Below are positions 12,521 to 24,661 of a stretch of DNA of 64,000 bases, in pieces (position 1 is the stretch's first letter; each line of letters starts with the position of its first letter). Source of the stretch: Felis catus (Eukaryota). The position numbers were made by a program, and so were the translations under genes. Under the pieces are notes generated by a model. It was not told the origin of the DNA, searched no databases, and saw only the letters and a program-made list of their open reading frames with translations. Where the stretch lies: the NCBI RefSeq assembly GCF_018350175.1, contig NC_058368.1, forward strand, positions 181,042,001 to 181,106,000, read 5' to 3'.

Positions 12521-14029
12521 TCAGGAATCCATGTTATTTTTCCTTCTCACTGAAGCTTCACAGAGTTAAAGAGTAATTGCTACCATATGCTAATTTCATG
12601 CACAGTAATTTGAAACGGATATAAAAAAATCATGATAATGCTGCTATTTTACACTTCTACCTTTCAAAGCCGTTCAGAGTATTCATAACTTCATGTTTAT
12701 ACAGCTTTAGCCAAGTCAAAAAGGTGCCTCATTTAACCATGAATTTGCAACTTATGCAAAAATCCTACATGCTCCAAGGGGGGGGGGGGGATGCAATGGT
12801 TGAGAAAAAAATGCAATAGCTAGAACACAAATATTCCATTTTCCATAGAACTGCCACATTTCTTGTGTACATTTCTCCAGCAGCTGTTGTTTAGGAAGGT
12901 GCTACTGGTCACACTGAAAATGTGGCAGTTCTGTCCTATTAACATAAATATTTTTACCTGAATAATTCCTGCTGTTCTTTTGAAACTGAAATTAATTCAT
13001 ATTGCTTTCCCTCGTTTCCCCCAAAACTTACCAGTTTTTTTTTTTTAAAGCAGAGAACAACTGTGTGTGCTGGTGCTGAACCAAGCACATTTCTAAAGAG
13101 CGATTTTATTTTTCTAGCACAAGCTATACCAAGAAATGGGATAATGGTACTGAATATATAATCAATACATATTCAAATGGAATCAGTTTATTTTGCTTTT
13201 AAAAATGTATCCCCTCAAGATGGGCTGAGTTGTGATATTCACCATCTATTGCTAATGGTATCAAATCATTAGTGGCTGGCTTCGTGCTTCCTCTGAACAA
13301 GAGTTTCATATAACCCAGACTAAAATGGCCACACTGATTTAATCACCCATTCTCGGCCCCAAGAGAGGATGCTTGCTTATACGCATATTGGTGTACAAGA
13401 GCAGTAAGGAGCAAGACATCGGAAGTAGTGTGCTCTGGGTTCAGATCTCAGCCCAGTCCTTTTCCAGGTGAAGCTTAAACTCACTACCAAGCTTATGCAT
13501 TCTCAATAGAAGTGGGAGAATGTTAACCATTTTAGAGGCAGTCATTGCACTGTCCTACATCCAGAGCTGTATAGAGGTCATAGTTTGTGTCAATGGGGAC
13601 TTTGTAGATTTGTACAGTGAGCAACCAGAACATACAAAGCCTGCTCAGGGGTTGTGGGGATTCAAACCATTATGTGTCTAAAATAGCCTAGCCCCTAGTA
13701 TGTAGTAAGTTCCCAGGGAATGCTAGCTTTTTATTATTTTTTATCTTGGTGTGTATTATCTTTTGCTTCTAGTTACACAATCTAATATTTAAAAGACTTA
13801 AGTACTATGGTCCATGTTTCATCTGATTCCCCTATCAAGGGGATTTTTTTTTTTTAAGTTTTTTGAGTTAAGTACTCTTTCTATCTTTTTAGATAAACTG
13901 TCTTTGCAAATTTCATTTCTCTTACCATGATTTATCAGGTCTCTGAAGAGGTCTGAAGAATTCGAGATGCCCTCAAATGCACTATGTAAAAATTCCCCCT
14001 AAACCTCAATATACGAATGCATTTGGAGA

Positions 14030-14250
14030 AGTGAGTTTGGAGCCAGACTGGGTCAAATCCAGCTCTATTTTTAGCTCTTTCATTTCTCCAAGTTCATCTG
14101 TTAAGCCTCAGTTTTCTCATTTGTACATTGGGGAGAATAATTCCTATCACAGAGCATTATTGGGGCTGCTGAGGAAGACAATGCATAGCAAAGTGTTTAG
14201 CAAAAGCCTGGCTCATGGGTGATACTGAACCAATCACCACTACATTATTA
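14030..14250 (+). mobile_element. MIR
   Basis: ggagccagactgggtcaaatccagctct...aagcctcagttttctcatttgta...gcctggctcat. Confidence 0.8.
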
Positions 14251-15734
14251 CTAGCTGCTAGTCTGTATCTCTCAGCCACTGGCAGAGGGATATTAGATCC
14301 AGAAGCCTCTTAAACTTCAAGTCATGCCACAGGAATGTTGCCCCATGAACTCAGCGGGGTTCAGAATTCTTAGAAAGATAATCAGCAGGGCATTGTTCTA
14401 GTTCTATCTTTGTTATTGTAAAGACCTGCTCAGCATACTGATTCTTATAAACCTTAGCAGCTTCATATGTAAAACACGGCGATTAGATTCAGGGATGTCG
14501 AAAGAGGTCTCTTGAAGTACAGGCTTCTCTGATTTAAATACAAGGTAAAATAGACATAACTTTTGTTAGGATTTTTCTGATTTTAGTTACCTCTTTAGAG
14601 TTTGGATGTTACACATGTAGCCATCCCTGCTCGATGTTCACAGCACATTTTGCTGATGGGTCTAGCTATTCTTTTTACTGAGCTTGGAAGAGACTTCAGA
14701 ATCCTACTCAACACAGTGTTCCAATGTGTTGAGCCACTATCAACCCTTTGGCTTTTGATTTGAAGAACTTCACATATTTGCAATCTTAAGTACTTAGAGC
14801 TGTCTTTTGTAGTAGCCCTGCATTTTTTCTTGCCACTACACTTAATTTTTTGTAACTCGCTAACCATAGAATGGATTCTCAGTTTGGGGAAATTTACATG
14901 TAAGGTACCTAATTCTTTAAAAAAAATACAATTTTCAGCCCTTCTCTATTCCTCCTGCTGTGTGTTTCTAAGCAATGTGGAGAGGGGGGTAAGCCACTGA
15001 ATAGGCAACTGTAGCTGTAGTGTTCGAAGTACAATGACAGAAAATCAAGGGCTAGGTAGATGGGTGGAAAAGACATGCAACTAATTCTGGAAATCAAATA
15101 ATTGTTTCTAGAAAAGGCCATGGGCAAGAATGTTCTAATGTAGGGAGGGGTGCACCCAAAACCTGATGGAGAGACAGATACTATGGCCTGGTTGGGAAAG
15201 GTTAGGTCATTCAGAACAGCCAAGCATACCATAGAGTGGACTGGGAATATGGGAGACACAAAATGAGAAGGTGATCAGAAGGCATGATGTTTTTTTAAAA
15301 AAAAAAAAAAGAAAGAAAAGAAATTCACTACTTTGATTCGAGAGAGAACTTTAAAGGTAAAGACATAAACAAAAAACACCCCCCCCCCCCACCACCACCC
15401 TGGGCTGGGGGAGAGTAATGGTAAAAGGAATATTAGGGAAAATAGCTCTTTATGTCAAATTATTTCATATAAATAACGTCTCATATAATGAGAAAAAGGG
15501 CAGAGGAGAAATTCCCCTCTATAGCGTTTGGAGTTAGGTTTATTGTCCTGTCCACAATAAAGGCAAATACCAGAGCACTTGTACCCTAAATGTGACAGCA
15601 ATTAATATACTTAGAGCTTCTAAAGATTTATTTTTTGGTGTTACATAACCCAAATCTTAACATCTTGGAATGGTGCTTATGCCAACAGAGTATAGGCACA
15701 TAGCATTAAAGAATGAGAATTCCACTTGGTTGAC

Positions 15735-16500
15735 TCAAATTTTATCTATGGATATGCCCAAATATGCCAGACACTGTGGTAAATGGTGGAAATAAGGCCA
15801 TGAATGAATTAAAATGCCTTCAAAGGGCTTCTCATCTAGCCTATAGACATTCATCAACCGTTGAGACAAGCACTTACAAGGAAAAGTTATGTATATAAAG
15901 AGGATCACACGAAAGGACACTTTAAAAAGCAGGACTCAGGGAGGCTGTAGAAGTTTAACACATTCTGAGTCCTAAAAGGCAAAGAAGAAAAATAAGGGGA
16001 CAGAGCCCCAGGTTTCTCAAGTGCTAAGACATGCGGCACCCTGTGGCAGCATTTTTGTTTGCTTTAACTAGTGGGGAGGGGATGCTCCTGGCACCTAACC
16101 TAGAGCCCAGAATTGATAAATATCCTAGGATGTATAGGTCAGCTTCCTCTGAGAATTATCTGGCCCAAGTGTCAGTAGTATCAAGGATGAGAAACTGAGC
16201 TAGAGTGAACAGCATCTCTGCCTCAGGCCTCACAGCGGCAAGAACCAGGCAAAGGTGCAAACTGAAGGAAGGTCAGGGGCTGCACTGATGCGGGAGCATG
16301 AGCTGAGGTCCCAATACGGCAAGGACCACATCGTGTCTCACAGGTACAGGGTTTGGGTGGTTGTTTTGCCTAAGGCAGTGATGAGCCTCCCGAGATATTT
16401 AAGCAGGACAGCCACAGGCTGATTCCCTTAAAATTTACTGGCATGTGAATGAGATGTAAGGAAAAAAGGTGAAAAGTGAGGTAAGAACCCAGAGAGGCAT
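15735..16500 (-). mobile_element. L2 fragment interrupted by MER20
   Basis: atgccagacactgtggtaaatgg...gccttcaaagggcttctcatctag; distal gatatttaagcagg. Confidence 0.55.
16008..16200. mobile_element. MER20 (hAT-Charlie MITE)
   Basis: gatgctcctggcacctaacctagagcccag...aaatatcctaggatgtatagg...aattatctggcccaagtgtcagtagtatcaaggatgagaaac. Confidence 0.75.
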
Positions 16501-17366
16501 CAAGAGGAGACCGGGATGCTAAATATTAGCAAGGCCTCGGCATTAATGCAAACATTTGTAATCACAGAGCAATTCATCATTTTAGCTTAGGAAGTTTTAT
16601 CCACCTTCTTTCAGAACAATACTGCCTAATCTTTGCCCCATCTGTTTTCTGTTGATTTGTCTCAACACTTATGGAGTACTTTCATGTAAAGAAAAGGGAG
16701 GGTCACCATTTTGGATACAGATGAGGAAGTCAGTTCCTGATGGTACAGTATGAACATGCTAAGCATTAAAAGGTTAAGATAAAAGATGTGGTAAGAAATG
16801 ACAGGAGATTATATTGTACTCTTCCATAGATGATTAAGAGAAGCAATTAAACTACTCTTGCTCTGTGTATTTCAAGAGTCATCTCAAGTTTTAACCTTAT
16901 TTTACTTTGGCTTTCCTATCTCAGCTGGCTCTGATGTGAGTAGGTGGATGGGGAATTTGTGTGTTTAATTGGTTTTTTTTTTCCTCCCTCCTCCAGAAAC
17001 ACAGGTATTCCTCAAAAACCAGTCACAGATAATCAAATCTAGATAGCAACTTCCCAAATTCTAACCCTTTAATACACATCTCATGATCATTGCCAATTCA
17101 CTTATCACTTGAATTCTTAATATTTTTCTGTAAATACATTTTTTAAATCACTGTTCTAGATAGAAAATCCATTTAACTAGACATAAATACAAGTTAGATT
17201 AAAAAACACAATTTAACGGACTCAATACAATGTGGGGAAATTCAAGCTAACTATTCTTGTCTGATAAAGAGACCAACAGAAGCTGCTGCATTAAAAAAAA
17301 AAATCAAATTCACAGATTTTAGAGAAGTATTCACGTCTATCATCAAACAGAAGCTTCCCTAATGGC

Positions 17367-17701
17367 CAAGAGTCGGCAATCTGGCCTGGCAATTGTTTTT
17401 GTACAAATGGTGAGCTAAGAATGATTTTTATGTTTAAATGGCTAGGGAAAAAAATCCGAGTAAGATTAGTATTAAATGACATGTAAAAATTACATGAAAC
17501 TCTAGTCTCAGTGTTTATAAAAAAAAAAAAAGGTTTATTTGGAGTCACAGCTATCATTTATCGTGCTGTATCATACTATCTACAGCTGGGTTCTTTTTAA
17601 AATGGCTGAGCTGAATAGCAGTTACAGAGACTGTATGGCCTGCAAAGCTTAAGGTATTTACTATCTAGTTTTTTAAAATAAAAAGTTCGTTCCCTCTCCT
17701 G
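17367..17701. mobile_element. MER58B-like (hAT-Charlie)
   Basis: gagtcggcaa end; gagctaagaatgattttta; acagagactgtatggcctgcaaagcttaaggtatttactatct. Confidence 0.8.
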
Positions 17702-18479
17702 TGTGATCCACATCAGGCACTCTACCTAAAATTACTGTGTACCACCTGTGGTATATATAGCTCTAACACTGGAAAATTCTGTTTTGTGAATGAACATTGC
17801 TAAAGACTGGGGTTTCCCATGCCACACAAAAAGCAATAAAGCTCCAGAGAAGTGGGTATCCCTTTGGTAAATGACAACATCAAAAGCAAGAGTAGATAAA
17901 TATTACACAATAATATACAGAACATATCCAAATTTCTGGCTTTTAGATGCAGACTGACTGGAAAAATGAATAGAAATAAGTTTGGTGACTGTTCCTGTTT
18001 GTGTACAAACAGGCTATTTATCTACTTGTGAGGATGATGATGGGTTTTTCCCTCCATATAAACAGTGAAATCCATTCTGATGAACACAGTGATAACACGG
18101 TAAAGTCTCAACTTCTATACTTAGTTTCGCTTAATGCACTTACCACAACTAATGAGAGCTATTCGTGCACACCTTGAAATTTAAAAAAAAAGCCTAATTC
18201 TCCAAAGTGTGGGGAATGAAAAAAATGATTAGCAAGCTCTGTCTACACCAACAAGGCTACCACCACCAACTCATTTAAAGCACAACATACTAAGTAAGCA
18301 AAGCAATGACAGACTGAATAAGTGCATCATGATGGCATCTCTGAAGAAAACAACACTCTGCTGTTATATAAAAGCAGTCAGGGGCACAATATACCACTAA
18401 TTTATCAGAGCTAAGTACAAAAAATAAAACTGAGTCACCTTAGACCTGCGGAAAGTGATACTCCTCTGTTGAGTGGAGA

Positions 18480-18640
18480 CCTCCGAATCTTGGGCATGCT
18501 GTGCAACAGAATCACCACCTTTTATAGCTTTTAAAAGCCTGATTCCCAGGCCCCGCCCCCAATTAACCAGCACCAGGGTTTAGTAAAGATGCTCAGATGA
18601 TGCCAATCGGCAGCCACAGCTGGGCACCATTGCTAGCCAA
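18480..18640. mobile_element. MER5-family fragment
   Basis: agaatcacc...aaaagcctgattcccaggccccgcccc...cagatgatgccaat. Confidence 0.5.
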
Positions 18641-19237
18641 CTATCCTACTGTGGGCCCGGCTGCTTGCAAGATGTTAAATGGGCTCACTTGGGATGAGAA
18701 ATTGAGTTGATCAGGTGCACATGAGGTGGAATGAACAAAAGGAATTCTAGGAGGATATCACTTGAGAAGGCTGATGGGTTTGCAGATCTCTGAGAATACT
18801 AAAATTTTAACTTGAGGTTTATAGTGCCTGTCTAAAAATCTTAAGTTAATGGAATGTAAAAAGTTCATCCAACTAATTAGTCTGTTCTGTTTCCATGACT
18901 TAAGTTATTTTTAAAAGTTAAAAGGAATGATTATGCCAGGTTCCTTGAATTCCTCCTTAAGCTAAATCTTTGGGGGAACAGGAACTGGGAGTAAAGGATA
19001 TTCCCATAAGTGACAAGCTGTCACACATGGCGATGATAGCAGTGCTGCCCTAGTCAGTACACTTTGAGATATAAATCAAACAAAAGGCATTGAAGGCTAT
19101 CTGCATATTGGTTTTGGTGCTGAGTACAGAATCATCTGAGCTATATTTCTTCCACCATCATCCCCAGAGCCCTTCACCCTGACTTGTGCTTAATAACCCT
19201 TGCATTAATCAACATGGGTTTTGCCCAGAAGCTTCTT

Positions 19238-19463
19238 TTTCTTTTTTTTAATTTTTTTTTCAACCTTTATTTATTTTTGGGACAGAGAGAGACAGAGCAT
19301 GAACGGGCGAGGGGCAGAGAGAGAGGGAGACACAGAATCGGAAACAGGCTCCAGGCTCTGAGCCATCAGCCCAGAGCCTGACGCGGGGCTCGAACTCCTG
19401 GACCGTGAGATCGTGACCTGGCTGAAGTCGGACGCTTAACCGACTGCACCACCCAGGCGCCCC
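19238..19463 (-). mobile_element. Young felid SINE (SINEC_Fc)
   Basis: Full length, CpG-rich; TSD cccagaagcttctt at 19224-19237 and 19465-19478. Confidence 0.97.
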
Positions 19464-19666
19464 TCCCAGAAGCTTCTTAAAAGGCAGGGGGAGGAGCATC
19501 AGTTGTTAGCATATGACAGTTACTCAGTTCTCCAGCAACAATTCCTCAGTTTACCCATTGAGACTAATCCTTAGGAGATTAATTTTTGAGTCCTCTGAAT
19601 CAAGCCCAATTTTTGCTTCTAGGAACCCAGTCTGTCTTCCAGGAAAATTATGCAAGTATTTAAAAT

Positions 19667-19816
19667 TCTCTTAAAAACTGAGAACAAACTGAGGGTTGAT
19701 GGGGGTGGGAGGGAGGGGAGGGTGGGTGATGGGTATTGAGGAGGGCGCCTGTCGGGATGAGCACTGGGTGTTGTATGGAAACGAATTTGACAATAAATTT
19801 CATATTTAAAAAAATA
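19667..19816 (+). mobile_element. 5'-truncated felid L1 3' end (~150 bp)
   Basis: actgagaacaaactgagggttgatggggg...gatgagcactgggtgttgtatggaaac...aataaatttcat + A tail; short TSD aaaattc. Confidence 0.92.
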
Positions 19817-20059
19817 AAAATTCATTTATTAAAACTTCTAATTTCATAGAGCAAATGTCAAATAAAATTTGGCAGAGGGATTTTTTTAGCATGAAAAGTC
19901 TCATTATTCTCACTTTTTCTGCACCCCATCAAACACCTTTGGCCAGTCCCTCCTTAACCAACGGGGACAAGATTTCTCACACTTTGGAGACTTAGTAGGG
20001 CATTTTCTGGTAGTGGAATGGTATGAATTAATATTCCTGGAGGCTATGATTTTGCATAT

Positions 20060-20260
20060 ATGGAGCACCATCTACACAAAATGCCAGACACACTATCCTG
20101 ACAGCTCATCACAAACCCATGAGTTAGACAATATTATCCATGAGTTAGACAATATTATCCCTAATTACAGATGAAAGAGCTGAGCCTCACAAAGTCTATG
20201 TAAAATGCCTCATATAATCAGTGGTCATTCTATGATTCATACCCAGGCTGCCTGACTGTA
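20060..20260 (-). mobile_element. MIR with internal 21-bp tandem duplication
   Basis: attatccctaattacagatgaaagagctgagcctcac; (ccatgagttagacaatattat)x2 at 20117-20158. Confidence 0.75.
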
Positions 20261-20759
20261 AAATATGGGCTCCCAATCTCTATACTGCCAACTGGATACA
20301 TGCAGGGCAACCAAGCAGCACTTCTGGGGACCAATGGAAGATCTCACAATAGCATCATTCCTAGCACAAATGGGTATGTCATACTACAGGCTATCTGCCA
20401 CAATGCTATGGTATAATGATGCCATTGTAGAAGAAAACCCAAGGTCATTTGACAAACTCTCAGCAGTTCACCATTTTCTTTGTTAACCTATTGATCTTTT
20501 TCTTGGGGAGGAAGCATGTGACTAGATAGCAGGTCTTCCTACCATATCACAAACCGGTTATGGATAAATACAATTGTTTCTACCAGAAACACACAAATTG
20601 GATAAGCTTTTGAGGAATATACTTTAAAAATCATGGGTACATAATTAATTGCTTGCAACTCAGGAAATGTGGTTTAAGTGATGCTGACAATGAAGTTCTG
20701 CCTTCAGTAATATTCCCCATGGGAGTAATTCTCATATATTGGTCTAGGCACTGGTTGTG

Positions 20760-20905
20760 TCCAGTCACTAAGATGCTTATTAAAAATGCAGATTCCTAAG
20801 GCTCACCCAAACTGAATCAGACTATCCAGGGGTGATGATCTGGAAACTGTGTTTCCAACAAAGCCCAAGTGATGGTAGTATATACCCAGAATTAGGAACT
20901 AATTC
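20760..20905. mobile_element. MER5A-like
   Basis: gcttattaaaaatgcagattcctaaggctcaccc...actgaatcagac. Confidence 0.65.
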
Positions 20906-20959
20906 ACTAAGTTAGAGTGAATAGGGACATTTGCCTCGGACCAATCCATTTGACTTTTT

Positions 20960-21220
20960 AATAAATATTTACTGAGCGAATACTGCCTGCCAAGCACTGT
21001 GGAACTTGGAGAACAGGCTGTGAACAGGGCAGATAAGGTTCATCATATGGAGTTTACGATCCAGTGATGGGCAACAGCAGTAACCAAGTAGATATATGCA
21101 TAAATGAGATAATTTCAGGTGTGGCATTACAGGATGGTAAAACGGGAAAGAATATGGTGGTGAATCAAGGAGGTAGATGATTAGATAGAAAATAAAGGCA
21201 GGGAGTGAAGAAAGAGGCAT
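20960..21220 (-). mobile_element. L2 3' end
   Basis: taaatatttactgagcgaatactgcctgccaagcactgtg...atggagtttacgatccagtg. Confidence 0.7.
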
Positions 21221-22227
21221 CCCACTTTCCCAAATGGTACTAGAAAAATAGCCCAGACATTAACCATGCAGGCAGTTTCAAATTTCATACCCCCAGTAGT
21301 TAGAAATTAGGACAGATCAGTCATTGCTTATCACATACCTGAGGCAAGGACAATGTCTTGGGGACAGATGGTTTGACACTAGGTCTGAAGTGCCTCAGCC
21401 TATAATCTTTCCTCTGCCTGTGGGGCTCTGCCCTGTAATCTCCCCAGAGACCTCCCCGGAAACCCCTAGTTTTTCCATCCACCAGGAACCACTACATCTC
21501 TGCCTAGGTGTGGGGGACTTAGGGTTTGAACCAAGTTCTGTTTGATTGCAATGACCATGCTCTTTCTAAAAACTGTAAGATGAAATAAAGGATTAATATT
21601 TGGTGGGGGTTATTGGTGGTTGGGCAGCACAAGAGGACTGAAGAAATGGGATACAACAGAAAACTCTTGGCCCATGTTCTCAGCTCCATGGTCATTCACG
21701 CTATTCACTTTAAACTGATCTTCACCAGGTAAAATGTCTGCTGATGGAAGACACAGTGTGGCTTCCTCAGGCCTCCACTTCCATGTCTGGCTCTGTTTAC
21801 TTCCTTCTCTTGAACCTTTCCAGAAAAAAAAAGAGAAGGAAATGTTCTTAGTTGTTCTAATTCTTAGAACAGGTTTTTCCACCTATAAGTGAAGATGTAG
21901 TGAGAGCATATCTGTAGTCAGAGGACTAATAATTCTTATAAATTTTGCAATTGAAAAGATGAGGAGAGATGATGCCATAGGTAGATGAAGGTAGGGGAGA
22001 ATATAAATCACAAGGGCATGAGATTGAATGGCTATGGAATAAATAACTTTTTTCCAGTGGATCCCAGTGTGTAGGACACTGGCCACTCATGAAAAGATAG
22101 TAGGTGTGATAAAGTGTCCAATAGCTTTGAGTCTCTATAACATTCTCACTGGAAATAACTTGTTTCCAATTTTCCATCAACCTTTCTGAGTACATTAAGG
22201 AGAAAGACTCAGTTTGTTGCTAGCATT

Positions 22228-22231
<4 letters not shown>

Positions 22232-22266
<35 letters not shown>
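22232..22266. repeat. (TA)17 microsatellite
   Basis: Perfect TA run. Confidence 0.97.
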
Positions 22267-22269
<3 letters not shown>

Positions 22270-22386
22270 ACTTAAACATTGTATCTATACATAAAATTCT
22301 ACTTGTTATTCTGGTGTTCCATTCTGAATAGTGATAAAATGTTTTCATTCCAAGTATATTTAAGTTAAAAGGGAGAAATGAATTTA

Positions 22387-22527
22387 TTTTTTTTCAATAT
22401 ATGAAATTTATTCTCAAAATGGTTTCTATACAACACCCAGTGCTCATCCCAAAAGGTGCCTTCCCCAATACCCATCACCCACCCTCCCCTCCCTCCCACC
22501 CCCCATCAACCCTCAGTTTGTTCTCAG
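22387..22527 (-). mobile_element. 5'-truncated felid L1 3' end (~140 bp)
   Basis: T tail, atgaaatttatt...caacacccagtgctcatccc...ccatcaaccctcagtttgttctca; TSD gaaatgaattta. Confidence 0.92.
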
Positions 22528-22895
22528 GAAATGAATTTAAATAAAGATCAAGCAAATAAATTATAGGTGGTATAGATGTGGCTAAAATGGTGATGGAAAA
22601 TGGCTGAAGTTTGGTAAATGCTATCTAGCACAATCTCCTTTCTTTACAGGTAAAAACCCTTAGGTCCAGAGAACTGAACTAAGTCACAGCCACACAACCA
22701 AGATATCAACTGACAATTTAGTACAGATTTGCTAGAAAGTCTTTCCCAAATAAGTACAGTACAGTATCTGTCAGAATTCAGAAACTTTCTAGCAAATCTG
22801 TATACCAACTCAGGAAAAACAGAGAAAGAATAGGTGTAAACCCTCCATCTGTCCTTTCTAATTGTGGGCCAATAAAAAGTCACCAGATGTATCTA

Positions 22896-23116
22896 GGGGC
22901 GCCTGGGTAGCTCAGCCGGTTAAGCATCCAACTTCAGCTCAGGTCATGATCTCGTGGTTCATGGGTTCAAGCCCAGTATTGGGCTCTATGCTGACAGCTT
23001 GGAGCCTGGAGCCTGCTTTTGATTCTGTCTCATTCTCTCTCTGCCCCTTCCATGTTCGCTGTCTCTCTCTCTTAAAAAATAAATAAAATAAATAAATAAA
23101 CTTAAAAAATATTTTT
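22896..23116 (+). mobile_element. Can-SINE (SINEC_Fc2-like)
   Basis: GGGGCGCCTGGGTAGCTCAG head; imperfect TSD aaaaagtcaccagatgtatcta / aaaaagtcatcagacctatcta. Confidence 0.95.
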
Positions 23117-23211
23117 AAAAAGTCATCAGACCTATCTAAGCTTTATTTTCCTCATTTGTTGAAAACAAAGAAACCAACCAACAATGCCAATACAAGCATA
23201 ACAACACTTAC

Positions 23212-23220
23212 CTTGGAAAG
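23212..23220 (-). other. Candidate 9-nt microexon CTTTCCAAG (host gene unidentified)
   Basis: Minus strand: ...cacatgccttaatttttacag|CTTTCCAAG|gtaagtgttg; consensus donor and acceptor, length divisible by 3. Confidence 0.4.
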
Positions 23221-23514
23221 CTGTAAAAATTAAGGCATGTGACAATGTAAGGGACTGGCACACAGAAAGTGACAATATAATGCAACATTCAGTTCTTTCC
23301 TCCTGCCCCTCAAAATATGTTTTGAGATTTGAATGACTGGAAAGCATGTATTCCTTCCTAATTTCCACTTCTCTCATGCCAAGATGATTTTTCCATTCAA
23401 ATAAGAGGTGGGGTTCAAGGGTTCATGGGGCAAGAATTGTGTTACACCCGAGGGACACTTTTTACAGAAAGAAAATTAGTAAATTATTTAGTAAAAAGAA
23501 AAAAAAAAACAGAG

Positions 23515-23708
23515 TTTTTTTGTTTGTTTTTGCTTTTTCCTTTTTTTGCGAGAGAGAGCTTAAATTGGGGAGAGGGGCAGAGGGCAGAGGAAGAGAGAGA
23601 GAGAGAATCTTAAGCAGATCCCATGGGCTTGATCCCATGATCCTGGGGTCATGACCTGAACCAAAATGAAGAGTTAGATGCTCAACCTGAGCCCACCCAG
23701 GTGCCCCC
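23515..23708 (-). mobile_element. Can-SINE, older, internally shortened
   Basis: T-rich tail, GA tract, gaatcttaagcag...tcatgacctga...gatgctcaac...cacccaggtgcccc. Confidence 0.88.
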
Positions 23709-23913
23709 ACTGAGAGCTTTTAAAAAGAGCAGATGAATAGGTAAGAACTGAGTTAAGCACTTTTCTCTTTCTGAAGACCGATAGAATTTAATTAGAACAG
23801 GACCCACTTCTCCAACTATGCTAACCCTTTGCTGGAGACCAGTGAAGAAACTGGGTGGGGAGGGGTGGAGATCATTTAAAATATCCCATTTTCTTCTTTA
23901 AAAGATCTATAGA

Positions 23914-24121
23914 GGGGCACCTGGGTGGTTCAGTTGATTGGGCATCTGACTCTTGATTTCAGCTCAGGTCATGATCTCATGTTTCATGAGACTGAGCCCC
24001 ACATCAGGTTCTGTGCTGACAGCTCAGAGCCCGCTTGGGATTCTGTGTCTTCCCCTCTCTCTGTCCTTCTTTTACTCATAGTTGCATGCTCTCTCTCAAA
24101 ATAAATAAATAAACTTAAAAA
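23914..24121 (+). mobile_element. Can-SINE
   Basis: GGGGCACCTGGGTGGTTCAG head; TSD aaaagatctataga / aaaagatctacaga. Confidence 0.95.
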
Positions 24122-24197
24122 AAAAAGATCTACAGAGATAATTAAATAAATGCAGTGGTCATCTCAACTTTCTTTGTCATTGCCTGTGTGGATGTTT

Positions 24198-24661
24198 GTG
24201 GGGACCATGAAAATGTGCCCCTCACATCTCCTGCTGTGGGAACAGAGGTGACGAGAGCCACAGCTGCTGTCCCGTTTGGATCCACCACTGTATCTGTGCT
24301 GAGGCCAGGCTTCCCACAGCCTGCTCCTAGTCACTGACTAAACACAGTGGAGAAACTACCTCGAGTCCATTTCTGTAGGATGCAAGTAAGCTCTGATAGG
24401 CAACTTTGGCCTGTGGACTCTTCACTGTCCTGGTTGACACTCTTCTAGAATATGCTGCTGTGCGGGGCTCTTCTTCCCAATCCTGGTTCCTTCCCACTCT
24501 CCTGCCACTGGTGTCAGACTCATATTGCCATCTGAAGGCTCTCCCCACTTCTACACCTGTGCTTCAGCCTTCACAGGTGTCCCCCTGCCCCTCCCCCCAC
24601 CACCAAATTTCTTGCATATCTAATCCTTAGTGTCTGCTTCTCAGAGGACCCAAAATACACA
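24198..24661 (+). mobile_element. ERVL solo LTR (LTR16-like)
   Basis: TG...CA termini; 3' end tcttgcatatctaatcc...gtctgcttctcagaggacccaaaatacaca. Confidence 0.7.

Noticed and set aside
12958..13952. Further minus-strand exon-like units (12958-12985, donor at 13031, 13926-13952)
   Set aside because: Each has one weak splice site or no partner site; the first two are too close for an intron between them.
18030..18085. Box C (ATGATGA) and box D (CTGA) motifs
   Set aside because: Only ~45 nt apart with no terminal stem; too short for a C/D snoRNA.
22633..22656. Recursive-splice-like site tctcctttctttacag|gtaaaa (+); similar at ~35003
   Set aside because: Reconstituted donor is weak and no plus-strand host transcript is supported.
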